From a virus (lineage: Duplodnaviria; Heunggongvirae; Uroviricota; Caudoviricetes), in IMG/VR virus record IMGVR_UViG_3300049460_000121, positions 1 to 64,000 of that record: a stretch of 64,000 bases of DNA, one strand, 5' to 3'. Numbering within the stretch: the stretch's first letter is position 1; each line of letters starts with the position of its first letter. Positions 32,641 to 41,608 of this stretch are shown in pieces. A program made the position numbers and the translations under genes. The notes under the pieces are model-generated. The model saw only the letters and a program-made list of their open reading frames with translations, was not told the DNA's origin and searched no databases.

Positions 32641-33684
32641 CTCGGCCGATCCCTTCGGAACGGACACATGCTCGACGATCGAGATGATACCGCCGATTAC
32701 AACGTCGTAACTCTTATCCAGAGCACCGGCGTCGAAACCTTTGACAGATCCCGCGAATGGGAAGTGGTTCAACATCGGACCCCATTCAGCATCCTCGTCT
32801 GGGAAGTGGTGGGCCCACCATTTGACCTCGTCAGTATCGTCGAGAGTCCAGTAGTCTTCGTACGGACTGTCGCGCTCAAACAGTTCACGACCCAAGGTCA
32901 TCAGCTGCGTAATCTGAGATTGCGTGGGATACTCACACATGACGCGGAAACCGAGAGCGGGCCCAAACGGATGACCGTGCGTCTCACCATATTGGTTGTC
33001 GTTGTACGAGAAGTCAGCCAATGGGAAGTTAGGCTTCTCAGGAGCGCGGGCACCGAGCTTACGCATCTCGGCATCGGCGTAGGCTTTGGCTTCTGCCGGC
33101 TTCATGGATTCGCAACGCTTATAGATGCGCTCACAATCCTTGGTGTACTTGTTGACCGCAGCGATATACTTGGCAGACGACTTGACGTACAGGTCTACCT
33201 GATGGATGAGACCAGGCCAGAACGTCGACTGAGCTGATTTCAGTCGCAGCGCAGCAGCCAGGGCTGTGAAGTCACTGGTACCAGTCTTGACCACCCGAGG
33301 CTCTTTACCTGGATACAGGAGATCGTAGTCGACCTTCTTCGCAGCAGGGGCGGCAGACTTGTGTTGTGCTGCCTTACCACCGACTACCGAGGAGTAGAAC
33401 GCTTTGAACTTCTCGGTCAGGGATTCAAACGACGGGTGGACTTGTTGGTCAACGATCAACGGGATGTAATCCGGGTTGTACCAGACATCACGGGATTCCA
33501 TCGAGTGACCACCTGCACGGTCTGGAAGTTTATCAGCCCAGTGCTTATCCTTGGCGATGTGTTCTTCATCCTCGTCCAGGATACCGCGTGCAACGTCCTG
33601 ACTCATCTTGCGCGATTTGGCAAAATCGCTATCCGCTACGACCTTAATAAGGAACGCGCGCTGGGCCTTACTCTTCGATGCCAT
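32638..33684 (-). CDS. Probable virion head protein
   Basis: SME and SFE maturation-type motifs; start MASKSKAQ. Confidence 0.6.
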   Translation of the reverse strand: MASKSKAQRAFLIKVVADSDFAKSRKMSQDVARGILDEDEEHIAKDKHWADKLPDRAGGHSMESRDVWYNPDYIPLIVDQQVHPSFESLTEKFKAFYSSVVGGKAAQHKSAAPAAKKVDYDLLYPGKEPRVVKTGTSDFTALAAALRLKSAQSTFWPGLIHQVDLYVKSSAKYIAAVNKYTKDCERIYKRCESMKPAEAKAYADAEMRKLGARAPEKPNFPLADFSYNDNQYGETHGHPFGPALGFRVMCEYPTQSQITQLMTLGRELFERDSPYEDYWTLDDTDEVKWWAHHFPDEDAEWGPMLNHFPFAGSVKGFDAGALDKSYDVVIGGIISIVEHVSVPKGSAE

Positions 33685-33740
33685 GTCATATCGCCTTGAC
33701 TGTTCTATTATCTCCCTGCTAGAGGGTCCATAGAATCTCA

Positions 33741-33789
33741 CAGCACAAAAAAAGAAACAGATACCACGGAGCTTGCGCTCCGTGGTATC
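33741..33789 (-). terminator. Terminator
   Basis: 13-bp stem GATACCACGGAGC/GCTCCGTGGTATC, then T-tract and TTGTGCTG. Confidence 0.8.
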
Positions 33790-33806
33790 CACTCCCTTAC
33801 CAGCGG

Positions 33807-35003
33807 TTAATCCTGAGGCGTACGACTCTCATCGATGCAATGCATCACGTAGTCGGAGATCGATGACACGGCGTATTCGCGAGGCACCCCTGCGATGCCG
33901 TATTGGTTGCAGTACTCGCAGATGCCCCACCGACCGTCTTTGGTGATGAACAGATCCACCGACTGCATTGGACCAATAACTTCGTCCAGCAGTTGTTTGA
34001 AGACGTCCACTTCATTCTGCCCGCCCATCAGGCTGACTAGTGACGCCTCATCGATCCCGCAGATGTTTTCAAGCATCACGGTTGCACTGGTGGCTTGCTT
34101 GTAGACATCGCCGATGCGATTGCGGATGCAGGCAAAGCCGATGTCCCGTACGTGGTTGGTGAGTACGCGGATCTCGTACTGGATGTCATCCACGTAACGC
34201 TGGAAGGTGAAGTTACCCTCTTCCTTGACCTGCTGGGACTCTTGATCATCCCAAGCCTGGCCATGCGACAGATGGGCGTGAGGAGCGTACTTCTCAGCCA
34301 TCTCAGCGACCGTGGTCTTGCCGTAGAGGTCACGCAGGAACGGACCTACCGACACTTGGTCAAAGTCCACCACGAAGTGACACAGGCCACGAGCGCCGTC
34401 TTCTGGCTTGACCACGATCTTGCCAGTCAGTTCAGTACCCAGGTAGGACGGGTGGTAGTTGTCGCCCCAGTTACTGCCGTACGTTGGAACGATCAGCGCC
34501 TTGTCGGATTTGGCTTGACGCAGGAACTGGTTGATCGCAATGGCTTGACGCGTCTTGCTCAGACGCTTGGTCAGGAACAGACGGTCCTTAGGCACGATAC
34601 CGACCCACTTGTCATCGGCCGTGATGAGGATGTCGAAGTTGAAGCACGGCAGACCTTCTTGCATGACCCACTTCGGATCACTGTGCACGCTCACGTCGTA
34701 CCAGGCGCTCTGGAAGCGCGGTGGAATCATGTTGAACTGGTTGATCGAGTGAGGATCATCGATGCAGACCACGACATGGTTGCTGGACATGATAGGTCGA
34801 CTGTCGCCATCTTTTATGCCACTGAATTCAAAGCGTGGCATGGCATTCTTGATCGGTTCGGCTACTTCTGTCATTTCTGGTTCTTTCCAGATGAGTGGGT
34901 CAATGGGGGTGGTTGGTTCGACGCGGTTGATGTTTCGAGCGTCTACGGGATTCTCGACCGTCTCCCACTTGATCGGGACAAGGTCTACACGCAGTTCGGT
35001 CAT
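33807..35003 (-). CDS. ATP-grasp (RimK-like) ligase with N-terminal extension
   Basis: VVKPEDGARG, FQRYV...YEIRV, SVDLF, GICEYCN. Confidence 0.75.
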   Translation of the reverse strand: MTELRVDLVPIKWETVENPVDARNINRVEPTTPIDPLIWKEPEMTEVAEPIKNAMPRFEFSGIKDGDSRPIMSSNHVVVCIDDPHSINQFNMIPPRFQSAWYDVSVHSDPKWVMQEGLPCFNFDILITADDKWVGIVPKDRLFLTKRLSKTRQAIAINQFLRQAKSDKALIVPTYGSNWGDNYHPSYLGTELTGKIVVKPEDGARGLCHFVVDFDQVSVGPFLRDLYGKTTVAEMAEKYAPHAHLSHGQAWDDQESQQVKEEGNFTFQRYVDDIQYEIRVLTNHVRDIGFACIRNRIGDVYKQATSATVMLENICGIDEASLVSLMGGQNEVDVFKQLLDEVIGPMQSVDLFITKDGRWGICEYCNQYGIAGVPREYAVSSISDYVMHCIDESRTPQD

Positions 35004-35019
35004 GAGTCATCCTTGCGGG

Positions 35020-35694
35020 TTATTCGTGAGTGGTGGAGAGCTCACTGATGATGCAGATCGACCCATCACCTTCAGGCGTGGTGTCGGAGTAATCGATCTG
35101 GTTATAGACACCACCGTGGAACTGCAAGACCTGGTCGAACCAGGAGCTGTCCAGCTTCAGCGGGATCTTTGTCGACAACAGCCCTTGACAAAGCACGTTC
35201 AACGAGATCGAACCGCTGGCAGTCACGCCGATGCTGATCTTGAACGGTACGCCCAAGGGGACGTAACTGTGGATGGTGGTGTTGACGATCTCCGGATCGG
35301 CGAAGCTGGCACGGAAACCAATGGTGATCTTGCCTTTGCTCCAGAACACCTTCAACGGCGGGGTAGTGGCATCCTTGACGTGGATCTGTGCGATAACCAC
35401 TTTCTGTGCCGAGTTGACTTTGGTAACAGTCATCTCTTGTCGACTCCAGTGTTTAGTAGCACTGCCAATCGCCCAGTACTCAGGTTCCTTCCATTCGGTA
35501 CGAGTGCGCTTGGTACTCTTACTCGACGCACCCTTAGTAGGGGCGGTGAACTGGACCGCCCCGTCTTCCAGTTGCTCGACAACCCCAGGACATTCCACCA
35601 GGGCTAGCGATCCCATGAGCTCCAAGGCTACTGGGTTTGTTTCAGACACAGGGAGTGGTGTTGCGATGATGTAGTTGCTGATATCGACAAACAT
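35020..35694 (-). CDS. Polysaccharide lyase family 7 (alginate lyase)
   Basis: F.AP..G, RTEWKE, IAQIH, FHGGVYNQ; no signal peptide. Confidence 0.88.
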   Translation of the reverse strand: MFVDISNYIIATPLPVSETNPVALELMGSLALVECPGVVEQLEDGAVQFTAPTKGASSKSTKRTRTEWKEPEYWAIGSATKHWSRQEMTVTKVNSAQKVVIAQIHVKDATTPPLKVFWSKGKITIGFRASFADPEIVNTTIHSYVPLGVPFKISIGVTASGSISLNVLCQGLLSTKIPLKLDSSWFDQVLQFHGGVYNQIDYSDTTPEGDGSICIISELSTTHE

Positions 35695-35752
35695 GAGAGG
35701 ACCTTCAAGTAGGATATGCGACATAAGTAGGGGATCGCTCCCCTACCGATGA

Positions 35753-36181
35753 TTACCAAGCAATGGATTTCAGTACACGCTTCTCGTACTGGAGGTATTG
35801 CTCATCACCCTTACGGTAGACTTTACCCGTTTGGATGAATCCCGCAGCCTTGAACGACTTTCGACTTGGAGTGTTCGCGGGATCGATATACGCCCGACCG
35901 TTGCGACTCGCGAAGAAAGATTTGATGAACGTTGTCGCAATACCTTTACCGCGTTGAGCAGGATCCACGTAGATCGGACCCACCCGGTAGAAACCACTTT
36001 CCAGGCGAGGCATCGCAAAACCGATCAACTCGCTACCGTCCATGATAAGAATCATCTGGTCGGTCTTACGAGCGTACACGATGTCGCCTAGAAACCGGTC
36101 GTGACTTGCATCGGCCAGCATCTTCTTCAACGCTGGGGTGTCGTGGGTGTACTTCTCGTAGGTAATAATTTCAGACTCCAA
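35753..36181 (-). CDS. GNAT acetyltransferase
   Basis: IYVDPAQRGKGIAT motif A; N..S...F...GF motif B. Confidence 0.88.
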   Translation of the reverse strand: MESEIITYEKYTHDTPALKKMLADASHDRFLGDIVYARKTDQMILIMDGSELIGFAMPRLESGFYRVGPIYVDPAQRGKGIATTFIKSFFASRNGRAYIDPANTPSRKSFKAAGFIQTGKVYRKGDEQYLQYEKRVLKSIAW

Positions 36182-36954
36182 TCATAGACGTTGACCTGGA
36201 TACCGGAATTAGCGAAGACCTCATTGAGGATAGGGCGGACATCGGTCTCGTAATCCAACTGACCGGTTTCTTTGCCACACCCTACGCGTGGTAGATGGAC
36301 CTCAGTAATTCCATGAGCATCCAGGTAGTTTCGTAAACGGACGGCACTGCGATGTATTAATCGAGTGCAGGAAGCATTACGCCATTGATGCTTGGTGGGG
36401 AATAGTGCAACCCGAAAGGCTTCCTCTTGCACCACTTCCATATCGCCGGTGTTGATCTTCCCACTCTTGCACAGCCGCATGTACCGTCCAAGTGCTGTCT
36501 TGTACATGGTCCGCATGTATAGGGCAAGTCCTCTGCCATGGACACCGACCGTGTTGACTGGAATTGCTATGACAGACCCTTTGGGAGCAAGTTGTAACAT
36601 ACTCCCAGTTATGTCATTGATCACGGCACTCCTCCCTCTACAATCCAAACACACTGCCTGAGTCCTGACGCCATGTATCTCGGCTTCAAGGGGACCCTCA
36701 CAGGATGGGCATTCGGATGGAAGTGGTGGGGAAACTCTGTCGTCCATGTCGTTTGTCTCTACGAGGCTTTTAATAGCCCACGTCATTTCATCAAACTCAA
36801 CGACGTCACGTTCATCCAGTGCCAATTGCTGGTAACGGTAAGTGTTGAGGTAAATTGTGTGGTATGCACCGCCTGTTGCCATCAGCGTTACGACTGCGCG
36901 AAGGATGCCAGACGCGGTGACGTTGAAACGAATATTCTGTACCGTACCCTGCAT
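36127..36954 (-). CDS. LigA-like OB-fold/Zn-finger fused to a DarG/TARG1-like macrodomain
   Basis: Macro motifs PVNTVGVHGRGLA, FPTK..W, LPRVGCG; N-terminus aligns by eye with the ligase OB/Zn region. Confidence 0.8.
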   Translation of the reverse strand: MQGTVQNIRFNVTASGILRAVVTLMATGGAYHTIYLNTYRYQQLALDERDVVEFDEMTWAIKSLVETNDMDDRVSPPLPSECPSCEGPLEAEIHGVRTQAVCLDCRGRSAVINDITGSMLQLAPKGSVIAIPVNTVGVHGRGLALYMRTMYKTALGRYMRLCKSGKINTGDMEVVQEEAFRVALFPTKHQWRNASCTRLIHRSAVRLRNYLDAHGITEVHLPRVGCGKETGQLDYETDVRPILNEVFANSGIQVNVYDWSLKLLPTRSTPTTPQR

Positions 36955-37063
36955 GATTGGCTCGATTTCGTGCTAAGTTCATATCCTCCCGACGAGCTGT
37001 AACGAAATATATGAATCAACCTCCTCATATGGGGGTTCAATCCACAACCCGAGTGACCAAGCG

Positions 37064-38206
37064 ATGAGTGAGTTCGGCGAAGCGATTAAAGAGTTGAAAG
37101 TGAAGGCAGACGCAGATGCCATCCCGAAAGATGTGGTTGAGCATTTCCAGGAAGAAGGCGAAGTCCTTCACGCTGAGATCAACAAAGACAAAGACCTCGG
37201 CATCACTGCTGAGAAACTGGCTGGCGTTGGTGTGTCCGTGGAATCGTTCATGGCGAACTTCCTCGAGCAAGTCTCCAACGAAAGCTGGGACGGCCGCACC
37301 GCGCGCCAGTTCGACATGGGTATCCAGACCATCCTCGGCGTCGCCGGGCTTGACGCTGCCACTGTAGGCTTCGAAGAATCGTTCGAAGCCGCTGGCAAGT
37401 TCATGGGTAAGGAAGAGCAGAAGGACCACGCTGAGAAAGGCGGCGAAGGCGTTCTCAAAAAGATCTGGGGTTTCCTGGTCAATGCGATCAAGAAGCTGGT
37501 GTCCGGCATTCAAGGATTCTTCTCTACCCTGGAGCGCATGGCTGGTTCTGTCGAGAAGATCGGCAAAGACCTTCAAGTCATGGTTAAGGGTCGTAGCTTC
37601 CGCACTGGCGAAGTAAAAGGCGCCTGGGCTCGTTACCTGCTGGTCGGCACTGGGACTGTCGGTCCGGTTGAAGCGATCAGCAAATCGTCTCAACTGCTGC
37701 AATCGATCACCGGCGCCTGGTCCAAGGACACTGCTGCTGCACTGGCTGCTGCCAAGACCAGTGGGAAACCGAAGCTGTCCGCGATCACCGCACTGCATTG
37801 GCCAATCCAATGGCCAGGCGGCACTACAATGAAACTGGAAGGTGGCGACGATGTCGGCGCTGCCAAGTTCTCCGCCAGCAAAGGCGAAGGTTCCAAGGGC
37901 AGTGCTGATGCGCTGACTCGTGTTGAAGCTGATGCGCTGGTAAAGGTCATCATCGGCTCCGCCAACATCATCCGTGGCCTGCGTACTGCGCTGAAGAAGG
38001 ACGTCGATCAGTATTCCACGATCGCCAACCAACTGGCAACGTCGCAGAACTTCAAACGCGGCGGTGACATGACTTCTGGTCGTGTAGCAGCTGGCCTCAC
38101 CAACAAGGCCCACACCGTCAACAAAGCCTGTGCATCCGTGATGCTGGACAACGTCCGCTCCGCTGTATCGCACATCAAAGCAAGTTTCGGGGGTAGTGCA
38201 GAATGA
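37064..38206 (+). CDS. Virion head/inner-body protein
   Basis: SVE, SNE, GFE, SFE motifs, then KKIWGFLVNAIKKL helix. Confidence 0.7.
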   Translation: MSEFGEAIKELKVKADADAIPKDVVEHFQEEGEVLHAEINKDKDLGITAEKLAGVGVSVESFMANFLEQVSNESWDGRTARQFDMGIQTILGVAGLDAATVGFEESFEAAGKFMGKEEQKDHAEKGGEGVLKKIWGFLVNAIKKLVSGIQGFFSTLERMAGSVEKIGKDLQVMVKGRSFRTGEVKGAWARYLLVGTGTVGPVEAISKSSQLLQSITGAWSKDTAAALAAAKTSGKPKLSAITALHWPIQWPGGTTMKLEGGDDVGAAKFSASKGEGSKGSADALTRVEADALVKVIIGSANIIRGLRTALKKDVDQYSTIANQLATSQNFKRGGDMTSGRVAAGLTNKAHTVNKACASVMLDNVRSAVSHIKASFGGSAE

Positions 38207-39630
38207 GTTCCGTATTCCAAAGCCTGGTAGCCAAGCACTTGGCTACTCTCTCGACTGAAAGTGTCGAGGTTGAGAAGGTGGCTGGTGAAGGTCCGAAGGG
38301 TGCTGACTTGGTTAGCGCCGACAACACCAACCTGCCAAAGACCAAGGACAACGCTGACGAAGGTAACGACAAGGTCCATGACCTCGTTGATGCCAAGATC
38401 ACTGATTTGCCGAAGACTGCCAACAACGCAGACGAAGGCAATGATGAAGTCCATGACCTCGTCGATGCGATGATGGACGAGTCCAAGAAGATGGAAGAGA
38501 AGCAGAAGGAATTCGAAGAGGGTGGTCGCGTCCACGCTTCGATGGAATCTCTGCTGCGCGGTACCCTGGACACTTACCGTACCAACGGCATGAGTGAACA
38601 GGCTCTGGCACTCTACTCCATCTCCGTCGAATCGGCCTTCATGGCTGCTGGCCTGGATCACCTGCCGGTCTCCATGGTCGTCCCATCGTTCGAAGCGGCT
38701 GACACCCAGCTGGCTGTCGTCGACAAGGTCGAGAAGAAAGGCCAGGGCATCCTGAAGACCATCATCGCTTGGGTCGTCAAGGCGTTCAAGTACATCGGTC
38801 AAGCACTGGCCAAGTTCGCCGGCCTCTTCACTGCCAACAAGAAGAAGGTCGCTGATCGCGCTGAGCGCATGATCGGCATGATCAAAGGTTCCGCTCCAGT
38901 TGCTGCTATCGGCAAGGACGAGGCGGACAAAGACAAGGCGTCTACGTCCAAAGAAGTGGCTGTGGCTTCTGAAGTCAAGGTCAATGATGCTGAAGCGAAG
39001 ATCATGTCTCGCAACGGCACCATCGCTTCCCTGGACGATGCAGCCAAGGCTATCAGCACCAACTACAACAAGGCCATGATGGCTTGGGGTACTGCGTTCG
39101 ACATGCTGGTCAACATGCCTTCCGTATCGGTTAACACCGACGCTGGCGAAGCGCTGAAGAAGCTGAACCAAGGCATCGCGTCCAAGGTCGGCAAAGGCTT
39201 CAAAGAAGACCTGAACGTCAACGAAGAGTTGGTGGTCACTCCTGGTAAGGACAGTGCCTACCCAATGATCGGTGCCGACGTCAAGGTCGTCGCGATGCAT
39301 GAAGCCAAAGCGGCTACCATGCAGGTGCCGAGCAAAGAGTCCCTGGTCAAGCTGCTGGAGACCATCAAGGAAGAACTCAGCGGCCAGAGCAAAGCCGAGC
39401 AAGGCCTGAACAGCGCCGTGGCTCACGTCAACAAGTCAGCTGATGAATATCAGAAGATCTCTGGTGAAGTGAAAAGCGCCGATGGCCTGGACGTGCAGAA
39501 AGCGACCAGCAACCTGATGTCCGCTACCTCGATCTTCTCTCGTGGTATCGCAGCAGCAGGCACCAGCTACGTGACTTCGTACAACACGCTGATGAACGTC
39601 ATCCAGCGTAGCGTAGACCACGCAGCGTAA
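38203..39630 (+). CDS. Virion head/inner-body protein
   Basis: STE, SME, SVE, PSFE motifs; paralogue-family helix. Confidence 0.75.
   Translation: MSSVFQSLVAKHLATLSTESVEVEKVAGEGPKGADLVSADNTNLPKTKDNADEGNDKVHDLVDAKITDLPKTANNADEGNDEVHDLVDAMMDESKKMEEKQKEFEEGGRVHASMESLLRGTLDTYRTNGMSEQALALYSISVESAFMAAGLDHLPVSMVVPSFEAADTQLAVVDKVEKKGQGILKTIIAWVVKAFKYIGQALAKFAGLFTANKKKVADRAERMIGMIKGSAPVAAIGKDEADKDKASTSKEVAVASEVKVNDAEAKIMSRNGTIASLDDAAKAISTNYNKAMMAWGTAFDMLVNMPSVSVNTDAGEALKKLNQGIASKVGKGFKEDLNVNEELVVTPGKDSAYPMIGADVKVVAMHEAKAATMQVPSKESLVKLLETIKEELSGQSKAEQGLNSAVAHVNKSADEYQKISGEVKSADGLDVQKATSNLMSATSIFSRGIAAAGTSYVTSYNTLMNVIQRSVDHAA
38326..38475 (+). repeat. Two-copy 75-nt (25-aa) tandem repeat
   Basis: TNLPKTKDNADEGNDKVHDLVDAKI / TDLPKTANNADEGNDEVHDLVDAMM. 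Confidence 0.9.
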
Positions 39631-39645
39631 CAAAAAAAAGAAGAC

Positions 39646-39680
39646 GCATAGAGCCAGGGCGTAATGCCCTGGCTCTATGC
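39646..39680. terminator. Bidirectional terminator
   Basis: Perfect 15-bp stem GCATAGAGCCAGGGC/GCCCTGGCTCTATGC, upstream A-tract. Confidence 0.8.
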
Positions 39681-39682
39681 TG

Positions 39683-40123
39683 TTAACGTTCCATACGGCT
39701 GACGACATTAGCCATGTTGATCTCGCGAGTCACATTGAGACCTGTTGCAGGATTGACCACAGAGATCATGATCTCACCTGCCACGATACCCCGTTTGATG
39801 AAAGCTTCGAGGGTTAAGTCGAAGACCTCTTCCACGGTGTACTCGTAGTCCGGTTCCATCTTGACAGCGATCTCGTACTCGTACCCTTCACGCCAGACTT
39901 TACCGAGAACGGTTTCGATCTTAGCGTGAACCACTTCTTCGTTGATGATGTCAAACGCATCAGCTGACTTGGAGAGTGGGATGAGGGTAGCCTTACGCAC
40001 AGCGCCTGGAGCACGATCAGCCAACCGCTTAGCTGTTTCACACACGGCCTTGTTAGTGCCATGGATGATTGCAGCTAAGCCGAGGGTGACCATGTAGTTT
40101 TCACGTACTTGGGTTTGCATCAT
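39683..40123 (-). CDS. Hypothetical protein
   Basis: GAGG RBS, operon position. Confidence 0.6.
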   Translation of the reverse strand: MMQTQVRENYMVTLGLAAIIHGTNKAVCETAKRLADRAPGAVRKATLIPLSKSADAFDIINEEVVHAKIETVLGKVWREGYEYEIAVKMEPDYEYTVEEVFDLTLEAFIKRGIVAGEIMISVVNPATGLNVTREINMANVVSRMER

Positions 40124-40670
40124 CGCGACCTCTCACCATGTATTCCATCTTGTTTTCGATCACGATGTTGACTCCTTCCCTAACCATGGCGTAGGCGGCC
40201 GTCAGGGTTGGAGGAGGACCCATGGGGATAGCCGCAATTGTGGAGAACTCACCCTTCTTCAATCCGCCAGCAAACATAGCGCCACGCGGAGGATCAGACC
40301 ACATCTGGAATGGATTAAGTGGACCCAGTGGGATCATCAACTCTTCTACCGACAGGGACTTGCCTTCTGACCTTCCGGTCTGGAGCCTATAGTGACTGAA
40401 GTCGACCTGCCGTTGAGCGGCAGCGATCTTGGTCAGTTCAGCTACTGTCGGAACAGGCGGAAGACCCTCGGGCATTTCCTGCAACGCCTTAGCCCACTCG
40501 TTCAGCTCCAGGAGTTGCGCTTGGACCTCAGGAATGTCGCTGGCGATAAAGCGCGTCATGTCTACCTTGGTGCCGAGGTGGTCTTGACCTTCCACGAGGA
40601 AACGGCGCAGAGCGGCCAGGTCACGGTACTTCGGATGGATTTTAATACTGACTACTTTATTCTGGGACAT
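40101..40670 (-). CDS. Hypothetical protein with DnaB-like motif fragments
   Basis: GAGGA RBS; MFAGGLKKGEF motif. Confidence 0.6.
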   Translation of the reverse strand: MSQNKVVSIKIHPKYRDLAALRRFLVEGQDHLGTKVDMTRFIASDIPEVQAQLLELNEWAKALQEMPEGLPPVPTVAELTKIAAAQRQVDFSHYRLQTGRSEGKSLSVEELMIPLGPLNPFQMWSDPPRGAMFAGGLKKGEFSTIAAIPMGPPPTLTAAYAMVREGVNIVIENKMEYMVRGRDDANPST

Positions 40671-40857
40671 GTGGAGTCCTCGATTGGTCTGGATGGTAGG
40701 TGAAGCGCTTAACCATCGGGTTGAAGGTGTGTAGGCTGATTCGCGGAGGCTGTGGCTCAGTCACGACCTTAATCCAGTCAGCCATGAATAGGGTCCACGC
40801 TCGAGCATGCTTACACTTGAACTTCGGGTGATTCGAGATCGCTGTTACTGTTCCCAT
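40657..40857 (-). CDS. Hypothetical protein
   Basis: AGGAG RBS; SNHPKF motif like the IHPKY at the start of the next gene. Confidence 0.5.
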   Translation of the reverse strand: MGTVTAISNHPKFKCKHARAWTLFMADWIKVVTEPQPPRISLHTFNPMVKRFTYHPDQSRTPHVPE

Positions 40858-41608
40858 CCCACTGCACTCCTATCAGTTGCTGCCAGCGGGCTGACACCAT
40901 GTCCCAGTACGTACCTTCCAAGTGGTCGCCATAGGCGCCGATGGAGAACCCATCGTTCACTTCGACCAATGCGGTCTCGCCAGTTGAAAGGACACCGAAG
41001 TCAATAGCGTAGCCTGCGGGAGAACCATCGACCTTGAACTCGAAGACAGCGCGTTCGATTTCAGCGTAGTTAGGTACCAGATCCTGCGTGCCTGCATTTG
41101 CCCACCGTACAGCGCGGACACGCCCATCGACCACGTAGACTCGCCACTCGGTTAGAAACTCCACCACGTCCGATGTAAACACCGGTTGTTGGTTAGAGGT
41201 CCCATTGAAGCGGAAGTCGTCGCTGTGTTCTGCCACGAACCCGGTGAAGCACTTCCAGCCGTCTGGCTTGATGAAGAACTTCTGGCCTTGATCGAGTAGG
41301 TACTTGGCATCCTTCAACGAACGGATGTGACCTACGTTGCGATAGAGGAGGTGATTCAGGCACAACGGGTAAGGGGTGTGTTCAACCAGTTCTTTGCCAT
41401 ACGCACGCAGCGCATGCTTCATGAACATCACACCACCTACCACCAGGTCCGTGTCCTTGAACATGAAGAACCCACGAGAGACGATCTTCTCGGTAGTCAC
41501 GACAACCTGGATGCCAAGACTACGCGCCTTGCTGGCCACGAGCTCTTCCTCGACACCCAGTCGACTGTTGCGCTTTTCGAGGACTACACGCAGCGGTTGA
41601 CCCTTCAC
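40811..41608 (-). CDS. ATP-grasp protein (DUF4343/R2K-like)
   Basis: YP..L...L.R, FFIKP...K.FTG, EWRVYV..G, AIDFG, LVEVNDG..IGAYG. Confidence 0.8.
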   Translation of the reverse strand: MKGQPLRVVLEKRNSRLGVEEELVASKARSLGIQVVVTTEKIVSRGFFMFKDTDLVVGGVMFMKHALRAYGKELVEHTPYPLCLNHLLYRNVGHIRSLKDAKYLLDQGQKFFIKPDGWKCFTGFVAEHSDDFRFNGTSNQQPVFTSDVVEFLTEWRVYVVDGRVRAVRWANAGTQDLVPNYAEIERAVFEFKVDGSPAGYAIDFGVLSTGETALVEVNDGFSIGAYGDHLEGTYWDMVSARWQQLIGVQWDGNSNSDLESPEVQV

